From: Octopus sinensis
Taxonomy: Eukaryota
NCBI RefSeq assembly: GCF_006345805.1
Contig: NC_043012.1
Span: forward strand, 2,976,001-3,040,000
Length of the DNA: 64,000 nt
Direction: 5' to 3'
Made by a program: the position numbers and the translations under genes. Below, in pieces: positions 24,770 through 37,316 of this stretch. Within the stretch, counting starts at the first letter, position 1. Each line of letters begins with the position of its first letter. The notes under the pieces are model-generated. The model was given only the letters and a program-made list of their open reading frames with translations. It was not told where the DNA came from and searched no databases.

Positions 24770-26788
24770 AAGATAATCTTCATTCAGTTTCCATCGTCAT
24801 ATCCGCTCACAAGGCTTTGGTCAGCATGGGGTTGTAGTAGAAAACAATTACCCAATGTGCCCTGCTGTGACATTGAACCAGAAACCATATGGTTGGGAAG
24901 CAAATACCTCAACTACATAGCTGTACCTGAGGACTAGCAAGCCAGAAGACTGTAGCAAGCTCTATTCTGATCTGGCAGGGTTTCTACAGCTGGATGCCCT
25001 TCCTAACACCAACCACTCCGAGAGTGTAGTGGGTGCTTTTTACATGCCACCAGCACAGGAGCCAGTCAGGTGTCACTGGTATCGACCACACTCGAATGGT
25101 GCCTTTTACGTGCCAGTCAGGCAGTACTGGCATTAGCCACGACAATGACTTCACTTGACTCAACAGGTCTTTGCAAGCACAGTTTATTGCCCAATGATTG
25201 AAGGGTACTCTTATATGGGCCAGTTATGCTGCACTGGCTTAGGCCATGATTATAGTCGCACTTGGCTTTCCGGGTCTTCTCAAACACAGACATATCTCCA
25301 AAGGTCTCAGTCACTCGTCATCGCCTATGTGAGGCCCAACGTTTGGAGATCGTGCTTCACCACCTCATCACATGCAAATCCAGAACCTCATTCTTCAGTG
25401 ACTCAGCATTTCTAACAGTAATGAACTATCAAGTGCAGTTCTCAATCTCTAACTCTCAATCCATTATTTTATTTGTATTCTTTCTCTAAATAAGGAGCTT
25501 TGTTTTTCATAACCACAGGTCAGCCTTGATTAAGCTGAATCATGATCAAATATATTCATGCCATGACAAATTCCATGTTTTTTTTCCATTTGCAGACAAT
25601 GTTTTTAAGACTATATTATCCATTGTGTTCTCCTCTTTAAGTCAGTAGGGTGTGTCTTGAGGAAGGTTTAACTGCTATTTCTAGTAGGCCATTCGACCAC
25701 ATAGAGGCTCCCTGAAGTTACTGTCAAATAATAGTGTATTAGTAGTTGAGGAAAAAGAAAGCATGTTTGGAAGTATATTTTATTGAATTAAAAAAAAAAA
25801 AGACTGGTTTTGGAGCAGCCCCATCATGTTTGAGAAGTGGATTTAGTGGTAAACATCTTCAGACTAGCACTTCAGGTTGATGATATCTTGCTGAGAATTC
25901 TCCTGTTTTAAATATAGCAAAAGAGGGCTCAAGTAGGGACAGTTGACTAACTGTGGCACTCTGGGAACACATACCACTTCTCTATCTTTCACAATTTCCC
26001 TGCATCTATCTTCACCTCCCATCTCTCTCCCACTTTCACACACACACACACACATACACGAAACACACTCACACATGTAATATTAATGTTATTGACTTTT
26101 GGAATAAGATTTTTAGAAACTCTTATCTGAGCTAAACAACTCAATCTGAACAAGGGACAGTTTGTTTATGAGGTGGATTAAAAACCTACAGGAAATTTCT
26201 AAGTTGTAAACAAAACTATTTAATCTGTTAAACCCATTGCATGAGAGAGAGAGAGAGAGAAAGAAGGGGGAGGGAGAAGGGTGGGGAGAAATGCTGTTGT
26301 TTTAGTCCCTAATTTATACTAATCAAACAGACTTTAGATCAAAACCATTCCAGCTGTGTCCATCCCACTTTCCAGTCAGACATATCTAAGACTTCTTAAT
26401 CCACTGTGTCCTCAAAATTGTAGGATGTGATTTGAGTGTCATTTAGCTGCTATTATTACTAAAAGTGTGGACTACACTGCTAGCATGAGAAAGGTGGTAT
26501 ATAATTTAAGTAGTTGATGATGTTGGTCACAGGCCTGTTGATGGAATTTTCTTCCTTTCAGAGAGAAGTTTTGGTGACTTCTTTCTGGTTTTGGCAGATG
26601 ATCCAATTTTGAAGTATATTTAGTTTGGCTCAGGCATGGTGGTGTGATTTAAGAAGTTTGCTTTACAGCCATGTGGGTTTTTTCTATTCAGTCCCACCAC
26701 ATGACACCTTGTACAACTGCCTTTAACTATAACCCCAAGATGACCAAAGCCTTGTGAGTGGATTTGACTGACAGAAACTGAAAGGAGC

Positions 26789-26831
<43 letters not shown>

Positions 26832-26923
26832 ACACTTGAACACTCCAATCAGTTAAGATCAGAAGCCATGAGAGCCACTTTATTATCATTATTATTATTG
26901 TTATTATTATTATTATTGTTATT

Positions 26924-26956
<33 letters not shown>

Positions 26957-27712
26957 CATCATCATCATTGTTATTGTTGTTATTAGTCATACTGTGGACA
27001 AATGTTTTACATTTGGAATCAATGTCCTTGATACCGAGGCGTGCCCAGTTTCCTTGGATATCAAAGACCTTTCTTATAATCCTTGGTGTTCCCAATTGAG
27101 TAGATTTCTGAATTAATGCGATTCTAAGGCTATCATGATTTTTGTAGTTGTTTTCAAATTCTACCAAGTTTGACTTTGCCTTTCATCCTTTCGAAATCGA
27201 TTAAATAAGTACCAGTCTGAGGTCGAGGAAATCGGTTCGCCCCTCCCTCAATATTTCAGATCTTAATTGTAGGCTTGCTTGCTCAGAGCTGGCCCACGGC
27301 TAAAGAATATCAATATTTTGGTAGTGAAATCTGTAAGCTCCTTTTGTGATGAGCTGGCAGTTTCTGGTTGTTGGTGAGCTGTGCAATTAGGAAGACACTT
27401 TATTGTATTTGTTATTTGTAGTTATTGTCATTTAGTGCCAGGTCAACATCAGTTTATGTTCAGTGACATTCCAATCTTGACCATCCTGTCTATGTTTATC
27501 CCATTTCCTTTTGTAAAAATGACAGAATGTAATCCGAGGGAGATTTGACTTCTCTCCAGATAGATCCCTACCTCTTCATCTCTGCTTTAGAGTATCCCAT
27601 CTCCAACTAATGTCAAGATGTCCTCTTTTCCACTTCCCTTGTGGGCTTCAGGTTAGAGCCTGATGGGACATATGTTTCCCTGAAGGAAGACCTTCCTCTC
27701 CCAGGTTTTGTC

Positions 27713-28150
27713 GGTTCTGGATTGTCATCATCATCATCATGTATCTGGGTTGGACAGTTTGACAGGTCAGGTTCTGGATTGTCATCATCATCATCATGTA
27801 TCTGGGTTGGACAGTTTGACAGGAGCTGCACCAGATTCCAAAGTTTTGTTTTGGCATGGTTTCTACAGCTGGATGCCCTTCCTCATGCCAACCACTTTGC
27901 AGAGTGTATTGGGTGTTTTTTATGTGGTACCAGTGATACTTTTGTAACTTTGCCTTTCTCTAAGGTAGGGTTGTTGGCCTTACACAAACCTGTTTTTACC
28001 ACTGGAAATAGGAGGTCCATATTAGGCTGGCCTCTATCCTTAGGCCTGTCCAGCATGGGAGGGCCGCTCAGGAGCTTGCTCCCTTCCCCCTTTCTTGTAT
28101 AGCTCTCAGGGTCGTTGAAGTACACAAGCCACCTCACTGCAACATGGGCT
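27713..28150 (-). mobile_element. Bipartite non-autonomous RTE derivative (RTE 5' UTR fused to RTE 3' tail)
   Basis: Minus 28150-27935 GTGAGGTGGCTTGTGTACTTCAACGACCCTGAGAGCTATAC...CTCCCATGCTGGACAGG resembles the RTE/Expander-type 5' UTR (recalled); it joins directly to the family D tail with no ORF; the tail end is tandemly duplicated with a 57-bp period. Confidence 0.6.
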
Positions 28151-28421
28151 GAACCTTGTTATGTTCTAGATATTGGTCAACATGGATACAAGTTGTTGAT
28201 GGCATTCAAATTATGCTATTACTACAATTATCATCTTCTTAACTCAGTTTTTTTCTTTTTTGATGCTTTTCTTTTCCTTGTCCTCTCCTCGACTCTTTTA
28301 AACACTATTCATTGAAATGTCACATTGATAATATTTCTTCAACTAAGCATTAATTGTAGTTATCAAAAATCATCTGCTCTGCTTCATAACATACATCTTC
28401 TTTGATGCATGAAAGGAGTCT

Positions 28422-29022
28422 GTGTGTATGTTTGTAAGTTGGTCAACCAGCCTGAAATAGCAAGTAAATCTCTCTCAATCTTTGCCTCACTGTCTTAAAA
28501 ACAGAGGCATATACTGGATAGCCAATATACCATACACATATATAAATAATACACACACACACACACACCTAACAAAATCACCATTCTCATTTATCATATG
28601 GTCAATCTACAAACTGCAAGGGTTGAGAAAAGTATGTCATATCCCATATTGTGAGATGATGGGGGAGGCAGTCTTTATCTCTTTGCCTATGTCTATCATG
28701 AAAGGAACCTGTATGTATGTTTGTAGTTGATCAGCCAGCAAGAAATAGCAGCCAAATCTCCTTCAATCTTTACCTTACTGTCTTAAAAACAGAGACATGT
28801 ACTGGATAGCCAATATACCATACACAAGTATACACAATACACTAATACCCCCCCCCCCAACACACACACATACACCTACTCACACACACACATGCAGACC
28901 TAACAAAATCACCATTCTCATTTATCACATGGTCAATCTACAAACTGCAAGGATTGAGAAAATTTTGTCATATCCCATATTGTGACATGGGGGGAGGGAG
29001 AGGGGCAGTCTTTATCTCTCTC
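28422..29022. repeat. Tandem duplication of about 270-310 bp
   Basis: 28422-28690 and 28712-29022 share ACTGTCTTAAAAACAGAG...CCTAACAAAATCACCATTCTCATTTATC...CAAACTGCAAGG...GCAGTCTTTATCTCT. Confidence 0.9.
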
Positions 29023-30073
29023 TGTACAACAGCAACAATAGCAATAATTACAACAATAAACATATTTTGTCTTTTCCTTGGTGTATTATCATTACATTTT
29101 TTTTTTGTTTTATATCTTTTATAGTTTACTTGTTTCTGTCATTAGACTACGGCCATGCTGAAAGAACATTTAATAGAATGAATCAATCCCAATACTTATT
29201 TTATTATTAAAAAAAAAGAAGAATTTTCTTTTTAAACCTGGTTCTTATTCTATTGTTCTCTTTTGCTGAACTACTATGTTACAGGGATGTAAGCACACCA
29301 ACTCCAGTTATCAAGCAGTGGTGGGATGACAAAAAAGAGACACACACACACACACACATAGATATGTATAGAATGGGCTTCTTTCAGTTTCCATCTACCA
29401 AATCCACTCACAAGGTTTTGATCGGCCCAAGACTATAGTAGAAGATACTTACCACACAGTGGGACTGAGCCTGGACCCACATGGTTGGGAAGGAAACTTC
29501 TTACTACACAGCTTGAAAATATTTTCTTACTACTGCCAACACTGTTACCACAACCATCCACCACCACAACTACCCCTACTGTAAATTCATTTGTTACCCT
29601 GAGTAATATATAAATCCTACTGCTCCCTGTCACCATTTTAACCAAATCACCATCATCATCATGATGATAAGCGTCATCACTCCTGCCACTATCATCATTA
29701 TTACCTATCATTATCATCGTCAGTGGTCCTCAATATTTCTCCACCCACATACTTTAAACCCTTGTCCCCTAAAGTTGACCCCCACCTCCACTAGGGTTTG
29801 TAGTCCTGTGAGCTGCATGATGACCTCAATAGTGACCCCCACTCCACTAGGTTGTAGCATGAAAAAACTGCCCATGATACACTCTGTGAAAAAAAAAACA
29901 CCCAGGTTGTGAAAAGGTTGATGATAAGAAGAGCATCCAACTGTAGAAATCATGGCCAAAACAGACACTGGAGGGCAATGCAGTCCTTAGATCCATCAGA
30001 TTTTGTCAAACAGTCCAACCCATGCCAGCATGGAAAATGGACATTGAATGACAATGATGGTGATCCAGTTGAG

Positions 30074-30801
30074 CATATTTAACTTGCTTACTTCTCATTT
30101 TCTTACCTTTTTTTACAACTATGGTGTATCACTCTTTCTTTTGTGCACATAACCTGTTGGAAGTGCAGATGACTATCTCCAGAAGCCTACCCCACAAGCT
30201 CATCTCTCCACCTCTTATCACCCATACTTTCTTCCAACCCCAGACCTGCACTAACCACTTTCTGCGACCCTTCATCCACAAAATGTCAACCTTCAGAACC
30301 CCCTTCCTGTCCATGTTTTTCCTGCAGTCATTGACACTTAGCAGATGCTGAAGATGAGCATCAACTGCATCAGTGTAACCAGTCTTAGAGGCCTTGTCTA
30401 TTATTTGTTCAGAGAAAAATACCTTTAGTCCATTAACACATGTACACTGTAGGCAGAATACTTCCACAAGATTTACCTCTTCCAGTGACTGTATCACATT
30501 GGGAGGAAATCCTGTGGCCTGAAGCTCATAGCTACTCATTTAGTTGGTTAATCTGTCCTGAGTAAATTGGTGTACCTTACTGAAAAGCACAGTTTCTTGG
30601 AGTCCTAATATATTCTTACATACCATTGTTTGCCTATGGACCCCTGGAGTCCTAATATATTCTTACATACCATTTTTTTCCTGTGGACCCTTTCTGGAGA
30701 TAGTCATATGCACTTCCAACAGGTATGTACACAACACAAAGAGTGATACAGCATAGTAGTGAAACATGGTAAGAAAACTAGAAGTAACCAAGTTAAATAT
30801 G
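30074..30801. repeat. About 110-bp inverted repeat with about 500-bp spacer
   Basis: 30074-30184 is the reverse complement of 30692-30801 with scattered mismatches (e.g. CCTGTTGGAAGTGCA.ATGACTATCTCCAGAA / TTCTGGAGATAGTCAT.TGCACTTCCAACAGG). Confidence 0.9.
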
Positions 30802-31110
30802 AACCCCTTTGATTACTATTCGATTGTGGTAACCCCCCCAAGCCATTCAATGTTTAAAAACTAGTTTTATAGATGTTTCTTTCAAAATTCCTAATTTGTT
30901 TTTCACACATTAATTTGTGTAAATTGAACTATGTAAAACGTCAGAGAAAGAAACCTCTCTGTTTCTTGCAGTAAACACATCGAAAGTAGCATTTTCCTTT
31001 GGACCCTTGGAATACTGCAGTGGATCCTCAATCTACTATTTTGCTTACATGGACCCCCAAAAGCCTTACATGGTTCCCCAGGGGGTCATATGGACTCTGG
31101 TTGTGAACCA
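30640..31110 (+). mobile_element. hAT-type MITE, same family as 56393, interrupted
   Basis: GGACCCC-rich body and right end GGTTGTGAACCACTG; split by the 30692-30801 segment. Confidence 0.65.
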
Positions 31111-31545
31111 CTGTTTTATATGGTTGCATGACCTGTTAAAGATAACAGTCTAATCTGCCTTGGATTTCATTCTGCCATCTTAAAAAAAAGGAATAGTACT
31201 TTGGATGATGTAATCCTAGATACACAATGTCTGAAAAAAGACAGTATGGTCAGGGCTGGAATAATTTTATTCATAGGTGTGGTCAGTTTGGGCTGAAACA
31301 AGTATTTTGCACTGATTACAACAGTATCAACTTTCTGCCTATTCACTTTTTGTCTGTATACCAAAACCACTTTCTCGATGCTTTTCAAACTTCTAAAGCT
31401 CCAAATAGACTCTTAACCTGATATTTTAAGGGAAGATTTCTACCTGACAAGTGGAAGTAATTATAAAATGAAACACAAATGTAATATTTGAAACTTGAAA
31501 ATCTTCAAGCTGAAAGGGTGACTCTGGCAAAGATCAAAGGTGGAT

Positions 31546-31930
31546 CATCCTCATCATTGTTCGGCCGTGGTCGAGACAATGGAATTTACTATGTTATGCC
31601 AGACTTCACGGTCCATCATAGCATTACGGAGGTCCTGTTGCTGGATGCCTGTATCCCTGGAGATTACATCAGGGTAGGAGAGTGTGCGCCCTCTGGTATT
31701 CCAGAGGAGAAGAGGAGAAATTACTTCTTTCTCAGCTCTACAACAATGTCCAGCAAACTGGACTCTCCTACCTTTCACAAGAGATGACACAGGTGGTAAT
31801 TTCCCATATATTTGCATTTTGGTTGGATGGCGCTTCCACGAGAGATTTTGAGCTCTCATAAGGAGGCAAGTGTAGGTTCCATCCAACCGCCTCTCAAGCT
31901 TCTTTGATAACGTCCAGGTTTCTGAGCCAT
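31546..31930 (-). mobile_element. 5'-truncated RTE-type LINE (third family) with 8-bp TSD
   Basis: YGSETWTLSKKLERRLDGTYTCLLMRAQNLSWKRHPT...RRVQFAGHC...DREVW; GATGAGGATGAT tail; AGGTGGAT at 31538-31545 and 31931-31938. Confidence 0.88.
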
Positions 31931-32444
31931 AGGTGGATGGGAATGTATGGAAGGCAGGAAGAGAATGAATGTGAGTTTTGAAACTTGAAAGGATTAAAAG
32001 TTAATTTCAATATCAAAATATGTAAGGGAGGGGAAAAAATAATGTGTGAGTAGAACAAACCTATATCTCTCCTTTAACCTTCATATATACTTTTGTTGAA
32101 AGATCAATCCCTTGCAATCACTGACCCTATTTAACCCAGTTCTTCAATAACAGCTATGGGATAAAGATTAAGGCTCTGAATGTCTTGTCTTAATCCTTAC
32201 AAATACGTTAATATTATACCAAAAGTCTTTGGGTTTATTTTTGTTTTTTTTTCTCATACTCGTGTTTTCTCCTTCTAAGTCTCAGTTTTTCTACTCCCTA
32301 CCCCTCTCCCTCGTTTTAATCTGTCTCTACAAAAATGGACTAAACATTCCAACAGTCTGTTTTGTAACCCCCCCTCTCCAACTTCTTCCCACTTGTTAAT
32401 ACTCTTGGAGTAGCCCAGATCGCTTATACAATTTTCTTCATCTT

Positions 32445-32533
32445 TGTATGTATATATATGTACATATGTGCATGGGTATATAAATGTGTGTGTATGTACG
32501 TACGTGTGTTTGTTTATGTATTATGTGTGTGTG

Positions 32534-32593
<60 letters not shown>

Positions 32594-32635
32594 ATATGAT
32601 GTATGTATATATGTATGTATGTATATGTATGTATG

Positions 32636-32669
<34 letters not shown>

Positions 32670-33110
32670 TATATGTATGTATGTATTATGTAGTATGTAT
32701 GTATATATGTATGTATGTATATATGTATGTATGTATGTATGTATATATGTATGTATGTATGTATATATGTATGTATATATGTATATGTATGTATATATGT
32801 ATGTATGTATATGTATATATATGTATGTATATAGATATATATATGTATAAATATATCTATATACATATGTATATGTATGTGTATATTTACATATATATAT
32901 ATATATATGTATTATATATATGTATATGTATGTGTATATATACATATATGTATTATATATACATATATGTGTATATATATACATGTATATGTATGTATAT
33001 ATATATATATATATACGTATATATGTATGTATATATATATATATCCATATATATGTATGTATATATATATCTATATATACATATATGTATGTATGTGGAT
33101 ATGTGTGTTG
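32445..33110. repeat. Very long (TA)/(TATG)/(TG) microsatellite field (second field about 34330-35060)
   Basis: Read directly; source of the YIYI/MYVC ORFs. Confidence 0.95.
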
Positions 33111-33235
33111 GGAGGGGTGTATGTATGTGTGTATGCTTCTCTTTAATTCTATGGACATTTGAAGTTTGACCAGCTGCTTATGTTAGCTTTTGTATATCTT
33201 TTAGTCGTATCAGCTATTGATTCATTCTTCCTTAG

Positions 33236-33248
33236 ACGATGGTTTTTG
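33236..33248 (+). other. Weak candidate microexon or end of an alternative first exon (ATG GTT TTT G|gtaaga)
   Basis: TTCATTCTTCCTTAG|ACGATGGTTTTTG|GTAAGA; lies in unique, relatively CpG-retaining sequence (33130-34140). Motif evidence only. Confidence 0.25.
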
Positions 33249-34343
33249 GTAAGAGTGGGTGGTATGAGTGTGAGGTGGCGGAAGGAGAGATACATTTATC
33301 CTCTATCCCTCCTTCCATCTCTCATTTCCCTGTTTCTCTCTCTTTCTCTCTCTCTTAGCATCTTTCCTTCCTATACTTCTCATATGATATTTCAGCTTCC
33401 TATCTGCTTTGTTGCTAGGTGGTGCTAGTGGTAGTGTTGCTGCTGCTGCTGATGATGATGATGTTTATGATGGTGATGATTATGATGATAATAACAAGCA
33501 TTATTGTTGTTCGCGAGGGTATTAGCTGTAGTAGTAGTAATAGTAGTATCTATATAAAAATGTAATGTAGGATAGTAGTTCAAGTAGACTAATTCTAGCT
33601 GTCAGTCTGGCTGTTTCGTCCACATGCATTGGTAGCTGCTTTAGTTTCGAGTTATTTATTTACGAAATAGTAAGACTGTTTAGTATTTGACCAGTCTAAC
33701 CCAAATATAATAATAATAATAAAAAAAGGAAAGCGATGAGGAAAAAACTCTTTGGATGGTTTTACACTTCATCGAAAGACAAAGCTTTCCAGGAAACTGA
33801 GTGGAAATGGGTAGGAAATGTATTTTTGTTTTGTTTTGTTCTTTTGTTTTTTAATTCCTTTTATTTTATTTTTTTTTTTTTTCGGATTTGTTATCCCAGA
33901 ACGTTCTTTCCCAGCCCTTTCTTCCACCCATCCGATTCCTTCAAGTTTTAACCTAAATTATTATTACATGTTGTCATTGCTATATAAGATAGTCAGACAG
34001 TTGGTTTGTTTATGCGTATATGCGAAGTTACTTATGAATTTACTTACAGACACTCTCTCTCTCTCTCTCTCTCTCTCACGCGCTCGTCCGCACGCGCGCG
34101 CGCACGAGCACACACGTATTTATTATATGCGTCTGTAGCTTAGCTGTTCCTTCTCCCATCTTTACATATCGAGAGACAGGAATTTCCCACAAAACATAAA
34201 CAACTTGGAAACTTTGTGATGACAGCAGTAAATAACCCCCTTTGTTAGCCTCCAAGAAAAAGAATTTTGATCCCTCCCCGACACACAAAACACACGCTTC
34301 ATGTACCCGTCAAAGTATATGAGGTATACAGTTCGCTTTCTGC

Positions 34344-34431
<88 letters not shown>

Positions 34432-34607
34432 GTGTGTATGTATATATGTATATGTGTGTATGTATATATGTATATGTGTGTATGTATATATGTATATGTG
34501 TGTATGTATATATGTATATGTGTGTATATATATTATGCATGTATATATATGTATGTATGTATATATATGTATGTATGTATTTATGTATATATATGTATAT
34601 ATGTATG

Positions 34608-34640
<33 letters not shown>

Positions 34641-34690
34641 GTATGTATGTATATATATGTATATAGTATATATATATATGTATATATGTA

Positions 34691-34744
<54 letters not shown>

Positions 34745-34988
34745 ATTTGTGTGTGTGTGTGTTTATAAATGCTTCTCTGACCTTTTCTTTCAATATACAC
34801 CAAATATGCTCATCTGCATATTTGCACAGTGCTTACAAAATAACAAGTTTGAGTGTGTTGTGTGTGTGTATACACATCCTCGACACCCACCCAACTTCAC
34901 CTTATTTACACAAAAATGTTGTTCTTGTCGGTGAACCATGTAGGACACACACAGCATGCACACCTATCATGTACATACACATACATAC

Positions 34989-35052
<64 letters not shown>

Positions 35053-36057
35053 GTATGTATATAACCTACAAACACACCAATCATATTTGGCTGTCAACCA
35101 AGAGATGTCTAGTTTGATTCCTGCTAGAATTTAGTGAATTTCTTTTCACCACTTGTTACTGCCTGTATCTATTCTTAAATATTTTTGACCTTGTATTCTT
35201 CTTTCTTTTCTGTTTTTTTTTTCTTGGTGTATGTGTGACTGTGCATGTAGTGAAGATACCATCATCATGATGCTATGCTTGTGTGTGTGTGTGTGTAAGA
35301 GCAGGCATAGCTTCTAGTTTGTGCTTCTTACCTATATGGTTCTGGGTTCAGTCCCACTGCGTGGAACTTTAGGTATGTGTCTTCTTACTGTAGCCTTGGG
35401 CCAACCACAGCCCTGTGAGTGAATTTGGTAGATGGAAACTGAAAGAAGTTTGTCAATGTGTGTCTCTGTGTGTGTGTAGGAAATTTACTTGCCAACCACA
35501 TGGTTCTGGGTTCAGTCTCACAGCATGGCACCTAGAGCAAGTGTCTCCTACTGTAGCCTCAGCCTGACCATAGCCTTGTGACTGGATTTGGTAGACAGAA
35601 GCTGTGTGTGTGTGTTTGTGTTTGTCCGTCATCATTACTTGACTACTGATATTTGTGTATTTATGTCCCTGTAACTTAGCAGTTCAGCAAAAGGAACCAA
35701 TAGAATAAGTACCAGACTTTAAAAAAAAAAAAGAGGTACCAGGGTTGAATCATTTGACTAAAGTTCTTCTTGGCAGTGCCCCAGCATGGTCGCATTCTAA
35801 TGACTGAAACAAGTAAAAGATAAAAGATATATATATATATATATATATATATTGTGTGTGTGTTCATCTCCCTTCTGGTTGACAACCAATGTTGGTTTGA
35901 TTACATCTCCCTACCTTGGTGGTTTGGCAAAAAGAATCTGATAGAATAGCACCAGGCTTGAAGATAAGTACTTGGTCAAGTTGTTTGACTAAAATCTTCA
36001 AGGTGGTGCCCCAGCATGGCCGCAGTCTAATGACTAAAACAAGTTAAAAATAAAGGA

Positions 36058-36113
<56 letters not shown>

Positions 36114-36914
36114 ATATATGTATATTGTATGTACGTATGTATATGTATATAAATATGCATGTATCATTGTATTATAAAGTTAAAGTGATGGCACACAGCT
36201 CAGTGGTTAAAGTATTGGGCTCATAATTATGAGGTAGTGAGTTCGATTCCTGGCTGGAGTGTGTGTTGTGTTCACTCAGCTGTAGGAATGCATTGCAGTG
36301 TCACTGGTGCGAAGCTTTAGTAGCCTTTGCCTTACCTTTGGATTACATCGGGGGTGTGGAGAGAGCAGGCTGGCATGCATGGGTGACTACTGGTCTTCCA
36401 TAAACAACCTTGCCCAAACTTGTGCAGTCCCATGGCTATTCATGACCAAAGGAGGTCTTTACCCTTTATATTCTTTTCTACTCTAGACACATGGCCCGAA
36501 ATTTTTAAGGAGAGATCTAATCGATTAGATCAACCCCAGTACGCAACTGGTACTTTATTGACCCTGAAAGGATGAAAGGCAAAGTCGACCTTGGCGGAAC
36601 TTTACCCTTTATATTGTTTATGCTTTTCTGGTTTTAGCTTGAGGCAATGGCTATGCTGGGGCACCAGCTGTAGTTTAATTGGCCTTTTATTTCACACTTG
36701 TTTCCCAGCTTTTTCTCTGAAATTGTTTCTGGGGAAGTAGCAAGTTGGACAAAGTTATTATTCTTTGTCTTTCTTGCCATGATGGGTTCATTTGTTACTG
36801 CAGCTAAATGTTTGTTGAAATGCTCTTTGAAAACAGCCACTGTTTGGCAGTGTGTCGAAAAGTATTGTGTCCCACTTTATACACACACACACACAATATA
36901 TATATATATATATA

Positions 36915-37316
36915 CTCTTTTACTCTTTTACTTGTTTCAGTCATTTGACTGCGGCCATGCTGGAGCACCGCCTTTAGTCGAGCAACTCGACCCCGGGACT
37001 TATTCTTTTTTTGTAAGCCTAGTACTTATTCTATCGTTCTCTTTTTGCCGAACCGCTAAGTGACGGGGACGTAAACACACCAGCATCAGTTGTCAAGCAA
37101 TGCTAGGGGGACAAACACAGTCACACATACATATATATATACATACATATATACGACAGGCTTCTTTCAGTTTCCGTCTACCAAATCCACTCACAAGGCA
37201 TTGGTCGGCCCGGAGCTATAGCAGAAGACACTTGCCCAAGATGCCACGCAGTGGGACTGAACCCGGAACCATGTGGTTAGTTAGCAAGCTACTTACCACA
37301 CAGCCACTCCTGCGCC
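36915..37316 (-). mobile_element. Young family A SINE (further minus copies about 11320-11620, 24770-24930, 29130-29510, 37500-37835, 45200-45400, 53701-54233, 54365-54740, 58372-58744, 59950-60300)
   Basis: Reverse complement of the family A consensus with CpGs retained. Confidence 0.88.

Noticed and set aside
32438-35134. Long ORFs of 120-265 aa (YIYI/MYVC-rich)
   Set aside because: Translations of TA/TATG/TG microsatellites that happen to lack stop codons.
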